Below, in pieces: positions 1-11,689 of a stretch of DNA of 64,000 nt. Position numbers and translations under genes: made by a program. This DNA is from Somniosus microcephalus (Eukaryota): assembly GCA_052327205.1 (NCBI GenBank), contig JBMRGM010000036.1, forward strand, positions 26,102,001 through 26,166,000, written 5' to 3'. Under the pieces are notes generated by a model. The model ran no database searches. It worked only from the letters and a program-made list of their open reading frames with translations, and was not told the DNA's origin. The first letter of the stretch is position 1. Each line of letters starts with the position of its first letter.

Positions 1-117
1 GTTAGATGTATGGAGTGGTGGTGTAGGTTGTCCCTTTTCGGATGACTTGATGATTTGGTCAGCATGGCGCCTTATTATGCTGTCTCCGATGTCCACGGTA
101 TACATCAGTGGTCCTAA

Positions 118-846
118 TCATGTGCAGATAGTTCCAGGCTGCCATCTCTCGGTACGGTAGTCCCGGGCCAAAACCGGTTGGCCTATCTGGAAGGCCCTAG
201 TTGGCCTTTCATTCATGCCCTGAAACTGCCGGTTCTCCACGTCCCTTCGGATGTTGGGCTTGACCAAATCCAGCTGGCATCTTAGGTTTCTATTGTAGAA
301 CATCATGGCGGGAGTTTGGTTAGTAACCATATGCGTTGCATTCCTATATGCAAATAAGAAGTTATCCACCTTGTGCTGAAGTTTTATGTCTTCATTACCC
401 ATGGCCTTGATGGCCTTCTTGAAGGTCTGGACAAACCTTTCAGCCAATCCATTGGTGGCGGGATGGTATGGGGCGGACGTGTAGTGCTTTACCCCATTGT
501 TCTTTAAGAACTTTCTGAATTCTTCGGACATAAATTGCGGTCCATTATCAGAACATATCTGCTCCGGCAGCCCATTCCTGGCAAATATGGTCCTTAATAC
601 TGTGATGGTTTTTTCCGTGGTGGTGGAGGACATCTTTATTACCTCCGGCCACTTGGAGTGTGCATCAACTGCGATTAAGAACAGTCCATAAATGGACCAG
701 CAAAGTCGATGTGCACCCTTTGCCAGGGAGATAAGGGCCACTCCCATGGATGTAGAGGGGCCTGTGGCGGAGCATTTTGGACCTTCTGGCATCCTAGGCA
801 GCTCTTGGTCACGTCTTCGATGTCTCCATCGATAACTGGCCACCAT
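118..846 (-). pseudogene. Gypsy integrase catalytic core
   Basis: VDAHSKW, SDNGPQF and YHPATNGLAERFVQTFK (D,D,E residues); frameshifted from the upstream HHCC region (ELHEGHLG...CLGC). Confidence 0.95.
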
Positions 847-2570
847 ACAAACGCCCTAGCTAGGTTCTTCATTTTCACTCCACCCAGATGCCCCTCGTGA
901 AGCTCCTTTAGCACTTTATCCTGGAGTTTGGGTGGAATCACCACTCTGGATCCACACATCAAGGTTCCTCGGCACACTGACAGCTGTTCTCTTCTTTGCG
1001 AGAATGCTGGCAACAGTGGTTCACCATGTGCTGGCCATTCCTTCACTGTTAAATCGTAGACCCGAGAGAGAGTAGGGTCATTTCTTGTCTCCCTTTCAAT
1101 GGCAGAATTTGTCACCGGTAGACATTCCACTATGGTAGTGTGGAATATCTCTACTGGGTCTACTGTCGGTGCCTCTTCTATCATTGGCAACGGTAGGTGT
1201 GATAAACCGTCAGCATTCCTATGCTGTTTTGACCCTTTGTATTCAATGTTGTATTGGTGTGCCCCTAGAAAAAGGGACCACCTATGTAGTCTTTGTGCCG
1301 TCATAATGGGGACACCTTTTTTAGGGTTGAATATGGAGAGGAGGGGTTTATGGTCAGTCAGCAAGGTAAATTTTTGTCCGTGTAGGTAATGGTTGAATTT
1401 TTTCACTCCCCATACCAGGCTCAATGCTTCCCTGTCTATCTGGGCATAGTTACGCTCAGCTGAGTTCAATGAGCGTGACGCAAAAGCTATCGGCCATTCC
1501 GAGCCATCAGGGAATCTATGGGACAATACCGCTCCTATGCCGTAAGGGGATGCATCGCACGCCAGTCTGATTGGTAGTGATGGGTTGTAATGAGCCAAAA
1601 TTTTCTCGGATGTGATTAAGTCTTTACATTTATGGAAGGCACGTTTACAGTCTTCGTTCCATTTCCAAATCAGTCCTGTCTGTAGAAGGTCATTAAGAGG
1701 GTGTAGAATAGTTGATAATTTCGGTAAAAATTTATGATAGTAATTTATTAATCCCAGGAATGACCTTAATTGTGAAACATTTTCAATTGCTGGGGCTTTT
1801 ATAACTGCTTCAATTTTTTCAGGTGACTTATGCAACCCTTCCTTATTAATTATGTGGCCACAATATGATATCTGATTTTGGAAAAATTCGCACTTGGGGC
1901 GATTTGCTCGTAGGCCCCGTTCTTTCAGCCTAGTGAGCACCTGCTCCAAATTGGCAAGGTGCTCGTTGTCGTTTTCTCCTGTTATAAGGATGTCGTCTAG
2001 GTAGCATTGAGTCCCCGGAATCCCTTGCAGGACTTGCTCCATAGCTCTTTGCCAGATAGCTGGAGCTGGTGCTATTCCAAAAACCAGTCGATTGTACTGG
2101 TACAGGCCTTTGTGTGTGTTTATTGTGAGATACTTTTTAGAGGTCTCCTCAACCTCCATCTGTAGATATGCCTGTGCCAAGTCAATTTTAGTGAAACGTT
2201 TCCCTCTGGATAGTGAGGCGAAAATATCTTCTATCCTCGGAAGAGGATATTGTACCGTGTGAAGGACCGGGTTTACAGTCACCTTAAAGTCCCCACAGAT
2301 GCGAATTTATTTCTGTTCCTCAGAGTTATTTTTCAATGTTTTTTTCATGACTGGAACGATGGGTGTTGCCCATTCGCTCCAATCTATTTTGGATAATACG
2401 CCTGCCTTTTCCAAATTCTTCAACTCTGCCTCGACTGCCAGACGTATTGTGTATGGCACCGGTCTTGCCTTAAAAAATTTTGGAATTGCTGTATCTTCCA
2501 CTTTTATTGAGGCGGTGATGCCTTTCAATGTTCCTAGTTTCTCTTGAAACACTTCTTTGGCGTTGGCCAA
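675..2570 (-). pseudogene. Gypsy reverse transcriptase / RNase H / integrase zinc finger
   Basis: SEWATPIVPV, ICGDFK, YPLPRIED, KIDLAQAYLQ, YLDD, CDASPYGIGAVL, TDHKPL; disrupted near 2300. Confidence 0.96.
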
Positions 2571-2582
2571 GATGTCTTTTAA

Positions 2583-3795
2583 TCATTCAGGTATGATGTC
2601 ATCATTGTTTTTTTCCTTACTGGTCACCGTCAGTGCCTGAATGGAGTGCCAGTCTAAACGTATCTTCCTTATCCATTCACGTCCCAACAACGGTGGACCA
2701 CCATCTTGTAGAATGTATAAATACAACTTTTGTATTTCTTTGCCGTTGTATACCACAGGCACCCTTATTTTTCCTTTGGGGTAGACTTTCTGCCCCGTAT
2801 ATGTTTTTAAGATAATGGATGTGTCTTTTAGAGGTATATGCGAAAATAGCCTCTCGTAATCTCGTCGATTTATTACGGTTAGAGCTGATCCTGTATCTAG
2901 CTCCATTTTAACTGGGGACCCTGCTATTGTGAGGGTAACCCAAATGGTTTGGTAATCCTCTTTGGCAAGTACATTATGTAATTTGAGACAGCTTAGTCTC
3001 TTGTTTCCGGAGTCGCTATCGCTATTCTGGTCTTCGGAGCTACTGTCCATCATCATTTGTACCTTCCTGTACTTTTCTTTATTGATTCTTTGTTTTCTGT
3101 CAGTGGATTTATTTTGTCCAGATTGGCATACCCGTGCAATGTGTCCAATCTTACCACATTGCCTGCATGCTTTGCCCTTGAACCAGCAGTCCCTCTGGTT
3201 ATGGGTGGATCTGCCGCAGCGATAACATCTTCCGAACTCCTGTGTCATTTTATGGGTGCCGAAGTCTTGTGTCTCTTGTTGTATCTCTGCAGCTCCTTTT
3301 GCTGCTGCTTCGTATGATACAGCCATACTGAAAGCTTTGTCCAATGTTAAATCTTTTTCAGAAAGCAGTCTTTTTTGTGTTCCTTCACTTAAGAGACCGC
3401 AAACAAATTTGTCTCGAAGATAATCCGATAGTCCTGCTCTGAATTTGCAGTACTTTGATAGCTTTCTTAATTCAGTTAGGTAATCAGCGTTACTTTCATT
3501 CTTGTGTTGATTTCTCTTGAAGAACTTGAATCGTTCCGCTATCAGCAGCGGTGTTGGGTTTAAATGCTCCTGCAGGGTATCAACAATTTCTTTAAAAGTC
3601 TTGTCCTTTGGTTTGGCTGGAGTGATTAAATTTCGTAACAGCCCGTATGTCTTCGCGCCCATTAAGTTCAGAAGTACTGAAGCTTTTTTTCATCTGTTAT
3701 TCCATTTGCAGTGCAATAACCTCTACTCTTTCCACGTATGTGGTCCAATCTTCTATTTCACCATCAAAAGCCTCAATATTACCAGATTTAGGCAT
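2583..3795 (-). pseudogene. Gypsy gag plus aspartic protease
   Basis: Probable ATG at 3795 (MPKSGNIEAFD..DW..YVER); two CCHC knuckles (CYRCGRSTHNQRDC, CRQCGKIGHIARVC); protease motif LDTGS; frameshifts near 3690-3720. Confidence 0.93.
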
Positions 3796-4201
3796 TTCAG
3801 AAAAGATACGGCGCTTCCCGCGCTTTTTTTTTTCTCTCTGTAGCAACGATATGGCACTTCCCGTGCTTTCCCGCCGCTGCTACCGATAACAACGCTGTTT
3901 ATTCACTGTTGGAGACTCGTTCCCGACGGAGGTCTAAACACTGACCTGCTTGCCACGCCGGCCGTCTCTCGAGTACACCCTCCCAGTCCGTTATTGCTTG
4001 CCTCCGATTTTGCTGCCTGTCTCAGCTGTAGAGCCCGCCGCTGGAGCTCCAGCCTGACGCCCAGGAAGGATTAGCGCAGTACCTGTCACCAGCTTGGCCA
4101 GCTGGTGAAACCACAGTTTCTCTTACTTCCTTGAGTCTTCTGGACGCTGGAGGAATCGATGTCCTTGAGGTGCTGCCGAATTGCAGGTAAGTCCGTTTCC
4201 G

Positions 4202-4212
4202 CTTTGTCGCCA
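4202..4212 (-). promoter_or_regulatory. Primer-binding site TGGCGAC(AAAG), partial match to a tRNA-Ser(GCT) 3' end
   Basis: TGG-initial motif 1 nt inside the LTR end; tRNA identity from recall, only ~7 nt match. Confidence 0.7.
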
Positions 4213-4213
4213 C

Positions 4214-4418
4214 TGTAGTGTCCGTGTGTAGATAAAGACACTGAAGACAGGAGTTGGTTCATAGGTATTTACTAAGCAAGTCTTGGGGGGGGGGGTTCTA
4301 AAGGATATACACAATACACAGGCTTATATAGCCCAAGTGGCAATTACCGGCATTACGCACACCTGGGGCTCTTAAAGGCACATACACCATAATTGCTCTT
4401 AAAGGCACATACACCACA
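4214..4418 (-). repeat. 5' LTR (~205 bp) of the first Gypsy element
   Basis: TG...CA termini with imperfect terminal inverted repeat (TGTGGTG/CACTACA), TATATAA near 4325-4330, internal ~21-bp duplication CTCTTAAAGGCACATACACCA, adjacent PBS. Confidence 0.85.
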
Positions 4419-7400
4419 AATCCATTTATACACTACCTTCCTGTTCGTACCCATATCATATCCATCTAGACACAGCCTCCGAGATAATACTCAGGCTGTA
4501 CCCAGCTATACAGTGCCTCCCTTTTAATGCCCAGATGCTAGTCATCTATATGCAAATGCATTTTAATACCAAGACCCCATCCATTTATGCACAACAATCC
4601 CTGTTAATACACAGGTTCTTTCAAACTATACACCATCTTCCTAGTAATACACAATCTGTCCATCTATACAATATCTTACTGTTAACACGCTGTCCACCTA
4701 TACACTGTCTTACTGTTAGGACACAAACACACAAAACCAGTCCATCTATACACTAGCTTACTGTTAGTACACACACACACACACAAACACTGTCCATCTA
4801 TACACAATCTTACTGTTAGTACACAATTTCGATCCATTTATACACTACATCCTTGATAATGACCAAAATAAGATGCTGCATCTAGAGATTATGCAAGAAA
4901 TTAAGCTAGTTTGTATAATATTGAGCAAAGTTCTTTAAGGTTTGTTAGTTTAAAATACTTCAGAAGGACACACAGAAGGACCAGCCGCATTTTCAATACG
5001 GCAGGACCGAGATTCCGAGAAAGGACTTTCCATCACTGCGTTGACTCCAGTCTATATTAGGAATAAGGTCCTTTTGCAATAAAGATCGTTATAGATTTGT
5101 CTTCAATGGTACAAAGAACTAATGAACACTCACAAATGCAATTTATGAACTTTAATAAGCAAAGCAAAACACCCATGTTCCACATAACAAATGGTAGCAA
5201 AAACCTCTACTTTAACAATCTTACATTTCAGCAGAAAACACATGGAACATCATTAAATTGAGAAAAGATACAACACACTGGAGATCCTGGGAAACATCAA
5301 CCTAGTCTTGCTGAGGCATCTGTAACCAGTCAAGACAACACAATTGCAAACTGCTGAAGGAGTCAATAGTATGAGTATTGTACCGATAGCTCATACACAC
5401 TGCGTGGACAGGCTGGTGTTTCTGTTATCTCATTAAGTTAATTTAATAAACAGGAATATCTCAGGTAGTTTCATGGATTCCTAGTCCTAGAATTTGTATT
5501 GTAAGTAAAGGATGTATGTGAATAACCTATAATAACCCCACAGAAGAGAAATTGAAAGATGGAGAGATGTTTTCTGTGAGGTTATTATGGGAACATCAAA
5601 CTCCTCTTGCTGACACCAGCGTAAGCAGTCAAGACAACACGCTTGCAAGCTCCTGCAGGAGTCCTTGGTATGTGAGTATTGTACCTATAGCCCATAAACA
5701 TTGCATGGAACCTCAAATCAGAATCTCCCCATCGATACTCTATCTTCCTGTTAGTACCCAGATCATATCCATCTATACACAGCCTCCCAGTTAATACTCA
5801 GGCTGTACCCAGCTATACAGTGCCTCCCTGTTAATGCCCAGATGCTAGTCATCTATATGCAAATGCACTTAAAATACCAAGACCCTATCCATTTATGCAC
5901 TACAATACCTGTTAATACACAGATTCTTCCAAACTATACACTATCTTCCTGGTAAAACAAACAATCTGTCAATCTATGCACTATCTTACTGTTAGGACAC
6001 ACACAAAATCAGTCCATCTATACACTAACTTACTCTCAGTACACACACACACACACAAACACCGTCCACATATACGCTATCTTGTTAGTACACACAGACA
6101 CAAACATAGTCCATCTAAACACTATCTTACTGTTAGTACACAATTTCGATCCATTTATCCTCTACATCCTTGTTAATGACCAAAATAAAAATATGCATCT
6201 GTAGATCATTCAAGAAATTAAGCTTGTTTGTATAATATTGAACAAAGTTCTTTCGGGATTGTTAGTTTAAAACACTTCAGAAAGACACAGAAGGACCAGC
6301 CACATTTTCAGTGCGGCAGGACCGAGATTGCGAGAAAGGACTTTCCATCACTACGTTGACTCCAGTGTATATTAGGAAAAAGGTCCTATTGCAATAAAGA
6401 TCGTTATAGATTTGTCTTCAATGGTACAAAGACCTAATGAACACTCAGAAATGCAATTTGTGGACTTTAATAAGCAATGTTAAACACCCATGTTCCGCAT
6501 AACAAATGGTAGCTAAAACCTCACCTTTAACAATCTTACATTTCAACAGCAAACACATGGAACATGATTAAAATGAGAAAAGATACAACACACTGGAGAT
6601 TCTGGGAAACATCATCCTAGTCTTGCTGAGGCTTCCGTAACATGTCAAGACAACACAATTGCGAGCTCCTGCAGGAGTCCATCGTATATGAGTATTGTAC
6701 AGATAGCTCATACACACTACATGGAAGGGCTGGTGTTTCTATTATCTCATTAAGTTAAGTTAATAAACAGCATTAGCTCAGATATTTTCAGTGTTTCCTG
6801 GTCCTAAAATTTGTACTACAAGTAAAGGATGTATGTGAATATCGTATAATAACCCACAGAAGAGAAAGAGATAGATCTTCTGTGAGGGTATTATAGGAGC
6901 TTCAACCCAATCTTGTTGACACTAGCATAAGCAGTCAAGACAACACGCTTGCAAGCTCCTGAAGGAGTCCTTGGTCTGTGACTATTGTACCTATAGCTCA
7001 TATACACTGCATGAAACTTCAAAACAGACTCGACCCATCGATACTCTATCTTCCTGTTAGTACCCAGATCATATCCATCTAGACACAATCTCGCAGTTAA
7101 TACTCAGGCTGCACCCAGCTATACATTGCCTCCGTTAATGCCCAGATGCTAGTCATCTATATGCAAATGCACCTTTAATACCAAGACCCGATCCATTTAT
7201 GCGCTACAATCCCTGTTAATTCCCAGATTCTGTAAACTATACACTATCTTCCTGATAACACACATAATCTGTCCCTCTATACACTATCTCACTGTTAACA
7301 CACTGTCCACTTATACATTGTATGTGTGTGTCCTAACAGAAAGACAAACAGTCCAGTACACACTATCTTACTGTTAGGACAAACACACACACACACATTC

Positions 7401-7681
7401 CATCTATACACTATCTTACCGTTAGCACACACACACACAAACACAGTCCATCTATACACTAACTTACTGTTAGTACACACACACACGCAGCCCATCTATG
7501 CACAATCGTACTGTTAGTACACACACGCACAAACACATTCCAATTATACACTATCTTACTGTTTGTACACACACTCAAACACAGTTCACCTCTAAACTAT
7601 CTTACTGTTAGTGCACAAAATCGATCCATTTATACTCTACCTCCTTGTTAACGACCAATATAAGAATATGCATCTCTACAT

Positions 7682-7926
7682 TGTAATGATCAATAACATG
7701 TCATTCTATAGTGGACATTAGGTGGAGCCGTAGAGCTGTATATAGCTGTATGTATAAGACTACACTACCCAGCTGTATGTATATTAAGACTACATTACCC
7801 ACAAGGCAGCAGTCAAGATGGAAGCCTCTACAGATACTGTACCTAGTCCAGATGTGCTCAATAAAAGTGTTTGGAAAAACCGACTGTATTCATAATAAGA
7901 ATGTCTATTTATTAATGAACATAAGA
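7682..7926 (+). mobile_element. Solo LTR related to the Gypsy element at 28586-32343
   Basis: Reverse complement of those LTRs; 5-bp TSD TACAT (7677-7681 and 7927-7931); absent from sister array units. Confidence 0.95.
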
Positions 7927-9899
7927 TACATTACTAAAGAAAATAAGCTAGTTTGTATAATATTGAGCAAAGTTCTTTAGGGTATGTTAGTTTAAAACAC
8001 TTCAGAACGACACACAGAAGGACCAGATGGGCTTTTCAGTACAGCAGGACCGAGTGTGTGAAAGGACTTTCCATCACTGCGTTGACTCGTGTATATTAGG
8101 AATAAGCTCCTTTTGCAATAAAGATCTTTATAGATTTGAATTCAATGCTACTAAAAACTAATGAACACTCACAAATGCAATTTGTGGACTTTAATAAGCA
8201 ATGTAAAACACCCATGTTCTGCATAAAAAATTGTAGCAAAAACCTCACCCTTAAACTTACATTTCAACAGCAAACACATGGAACATGATTAAACTGAGAA
8301 AAGATACAACGCACTGGAGATCCTGGGAAACATCAACCTAGTCTTGCTGACGCTTGTGTAACCAGTCAAGACAACACAATTGCATGGAAGGGCTGGTGTT
8401 TCTCTTATCTCCTTAAGTTATGTTAATAAACAGCATTATCTCAGATATTTTCAGCGTTTCCTCGTCCTAGAATTTGTATTATAAGTAAAGGGTGTATGTG
8501 AATATCCTATAATATCCCCAAAGAAGATAAATAGAGAAATAGGGAGATATATCTTCTGTGAGGGTATTATGGGAACTTTATCCTTGTCTTGCTGACACTA
8601 TAGTAAGCAGTCAAGACGACACGTTTGCAAGCTCCCGAAGGAGTCCTTGTTATGTGAGTATTGTACCTGTAGCTCATATACACTGCATGGAACTTCAAAA
8701 CAGACTCGACCCATCTATACACTGCCGTCCTGTTAGTACCCAGATCGTGTCCATCTATACACAGCCTCCCAGTTAATACTCAGGCTTTATCCAGCTATAC
8801 AGCGCCTCCATGTTAATGCCCAGATGCTAGTCATCTATATGAAAATGCATTTTTAATACTAAGACCCTAGCCATTTATGCACTAAAATCTCTATTAATAC
8901 CCAGATTCTGTCAAACTATACACTATCTTCCTGGTAATAAACACAGTCTGTCGATCTATGCACTATCTTACTGTAAACATGCTGTCCACCTATACACTGT
9001 CCAACTGTACACAAAAATCGATCCATTTATAATCTACCTCCTTGTTAATGACCAATAAATGCATCTATAGAATATTAATGAAAATAAACTAGTTTGTTTA
9101 ATATTGAGCAAAGTACCTGATGGTTTGTAAGTTTATAACACTTCAGAAAGACACACAGAAGGACAAGACGGGCTTTTGCATACGGCAGGACCAAGTGCGA
9201 GAAAGGACTTTCCATCACTGTGTTGATTCCAGTGTATATTACGAATAAGCTCCTTTTGCAATAAAGATCGTTATACATTTGACTTCAATGGTAAAAAGAA
9301 CTACTGAACACTCACAAATGCAATTTGTGGAGTTTAATAAGCAACGCAAAACACCCATGTTCTGCATGACAAATGGTAGCAAAAACCTCAACCTTAACAA
9401 TCTTACATTTCAACAGCAAACACATGGAACATGATTAAACTGAGAAAAGATACAACACACTGGAGATCCTGGGAAACATCAATCTAGTCTTGCTGAGGCT
9501 TCCGTAACAGGTCAAGACAACACAATCACGAACTCTTGAAGGAGTCCATAGTATATGAGTATTGTTCCGATAGCTCATACACTCTACATGGAAGGGCTGG
9601 TGTTTCTATTATCTCATTAAGATAATTTAATTAACAGGATTATCTCAAACATTTTCAGTGTTCCCTAGTCCTAGAATTTGTATTATAAGTAAAGGATGTA
9701 TGTGAATATCCTATAATACTCCAGCAAGAGAGAAATAGAGAGATAGAGAGATAGATCTTCTCTGAGGATATTTTAGGAACTTTAGCCTATTCTTGCTCAC
9801 ACTGGCATAAGCAGTCAAGACAACACGCTTGCAACCTCCTGAAGGAGTCCTTGGTATGTGAGTATTGTACCTGTAGCTCATATACACTGCATGGAACTT

Positions 9900-10308
9900 C
9901 AAAACAGACTCCACCCATCTATACACTACCTCCTTGTTAGTACCCAGATCATATCCATCTATACACAGCCTCCCAGTTAATACTCACGCTGTACCCAGCT
10001 ATACAGTGCCTCCCTGTTAATGCCCAGATGCTAGTCACCTATATGAAAATGCACTTTTAATACCAAGACCCTATTCATTTCTGCACTACATTTCCTGTTA
10101 ATACCCAGACTCTGTCCAACTATACACAATCTCCCTGGTAATACACACATTCTGTCCATCTATACACATTCTCTCTGGTAAAACAGAAACTCTATCCATG
10201 TATGCACTATCTCGCTGTTAATACCAAGACTCTGTCCCTCTATACTCTATCTCCCACTTAACACCCAGACTCTATCCATCTATACTCGCCCTCCTTGTTA
10301 ACATCCAG
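9900..10308. repeat. 40-bp minisatellite, approximate consensus TCCATCTATACACTATCTCCCTGTTAATACCCAGACTCT(A/G); further blocks at ~4419-4858, 5720-6175, 7025-7650, 8700-9046, 11065-11370, some with (CA)n expansions
   Basis: TCT(G/A)TCC recurs at 10151, 10191, 10231 and 10271, an exact 40-bp period. Confidence 0.9.
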
Positions 10309-11689
10309 TCGTAAGAATATGCATGTATACATTATTAAATTGTATGGGCTATTTTGCATTTTATAGAATTGAGCAAAGTACTTTCTGGTTTGTTAGGTTG
10401 AAACACAATTCAGAGGGAGACACAGAAGGCCCAGCCAAGGTCCACACTAAGGCTGGTCTGAATGCGAGGAAAGACTTTGAATCGCTGCATTGACTCCGGT
10501 GTAGATCGGGAATAAGCTCCTTTTGCAATAAAGATTGTTAGAGATTCGACAAAGATGTTACATACAACTAATGAGCAGTCATCTGCGCGGTTTCTGGAGT
10601 GTAATAAAAAACATAAAAGAGCAATTGGGCCTGCAAAGCAAAGGGTATCAACAGACCTCACCACTAAACAATATTACGCTTACACACTGAGCATGATGAC
10701 ATAAAGTACACAAATTTGGCCGAAGTAATTAAACTAATACAGCACACTGGAGATCCTGGGGAACTTCAACCTAATCTTGCTGACACTAGCATAAGCGGTC
10801 AAGATGACACGCTTGTGATCTCCTGAATGAGTCCTTGGTATGTGAGCATTATACCTGTAGCTCATATACACAGCATGGAAGAGCTGGAGTTTTTATTATC
10901 TCATTGATTAGATTTAATAAAATATTAATCGGACGTTTTCAGTGTTTCCTAGTCCTCGAACGTGTATTAGAGGTAAAAGGATGTATGACAATATTCTATT
11001 GTACCTCCACAGAAGTATAATAGGGATATTATTATAAATAAATATATAAAACCTCAAAGCCTAGAAACTATCCATTTATACACATTATCCCAGTTAACAT
11101 CTAGATGCTATTCACACACCTCCTTGTTAATGCCCAGACAGTCGCCATCTCCAAGTAAATTCCCTATTAACAGGACCATATCCATTTAAGCACTATCTCC
11201 CTGTTAATATTCAGACTCTATCCATCTGTACAGTAACTTCCTGTTAATATCCAGTCTCTATCCATCTGTACAATATTTACTGTTAACAATAGGGGTCTAT
11301 CCATTTATATTCCCCTTTTAAAACCCAGACACTATCCTTAAGATACTCAACCTCCCAGTTAATATCGATTCATCTTACTTACAACATTTCATCCAACCAG
11401 CCAGCTATGCTATCTTCCACCCATCCATTTGTTCAACCATTCCTCCAAGCATCCGCCTATGCAGCCTTTCATCATTTCTCAGCCCACAAAGCATCACACT
11501 TCAGCCTGCACAGCCAGATATTATCTTATCCTTAAAAAAGTCCTTCCATCCAGTGAGCCCTCTATCTCTGCTTAAATCCTCTGTCGTTCAGCCCTCCAAC
11601 CAATCATCCAACCTTTCATCCATCCAGTCTTCTGCCCATCCATTGATCCAGCTATCTATTAAGCACCCGTGCATCCATTATCCTTCGCT

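Larger units (their letters stand above)
1..4418 (-). mobile_element. Ty3/Gypsy LTR retrotransposon (Mag-like/K02A2.6-type), decayed, 3' end outside the window
   Basis: Minus-strand domain order gag-PR-RT-RH-IN, preceded by a 5' LTR and PBS; several frameshifts and stops. Confidence 0.96.
4419..11370. repeat. Tandem array of five composite units (A-B1-C-B2 module plus minisatellite spacer); unit 5 is divergent with a single B
   Basis: Marker CACAGAAGG(A/C)C near 4972, 6288, 8013, 9154, 10421; marker CACTGGAGAT near 5276, 6591, 8313, 9458, 10745. Confidence 0.93.

Noticed and set aside
497-3889. + strand ORFs over the Gypsy element, and similar ones over the CR1 and the nested Gypsy
   Set aside because: Antisense shadows of TE coding sequence
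5021-5031. NF-kB-like AGGACTTTCC in units 1-4
   Set aside because: One mismatch to consensus, absent in unit 5, and explained by duplication of a single chance motif
5167-5205. GCAAAAACC resembling a V(D)J RSS nonamer, near octamer motifs
   Set aside because: No CACAGTG-like heptamer at 12 or 23 bp spacing and no V-domain sequence
6955-7020. Hammerhead-like CTGAAGGAGTCC...GAAAC, and HDV-like TCCTCGC on the minus strand near 10465
   Set aside because: The core has an extra base, GAAA is not conserved across copies, and the required helices and pseudoknot cannot be formed
10375-10500. miR-427/430-like AAAGTACTTTCTGGTTTG and Y-RNA-like GGCTGGTCTGA...GCATTGACT
   Set aside because: The seed is not AAGTGC and there is no precursor stem; there is no closing Y-RNA stem or poly-T; neither motif is conserved in the other units
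5552-10664. Short ORFs and possible splice sites (GTGAGT, TTTCAG...GTAAAG) in the array units as tandem exons
   Set aside because: Stops and frameshifts differ between copies and no protein motif is recognisable; not fully excluded without RNA-seq
4419-11370. CRISPR-like repeat/spacer reading of the array
   Set aside because: Vertebrate context, spacers are homologous to one another, and there are no cas genes
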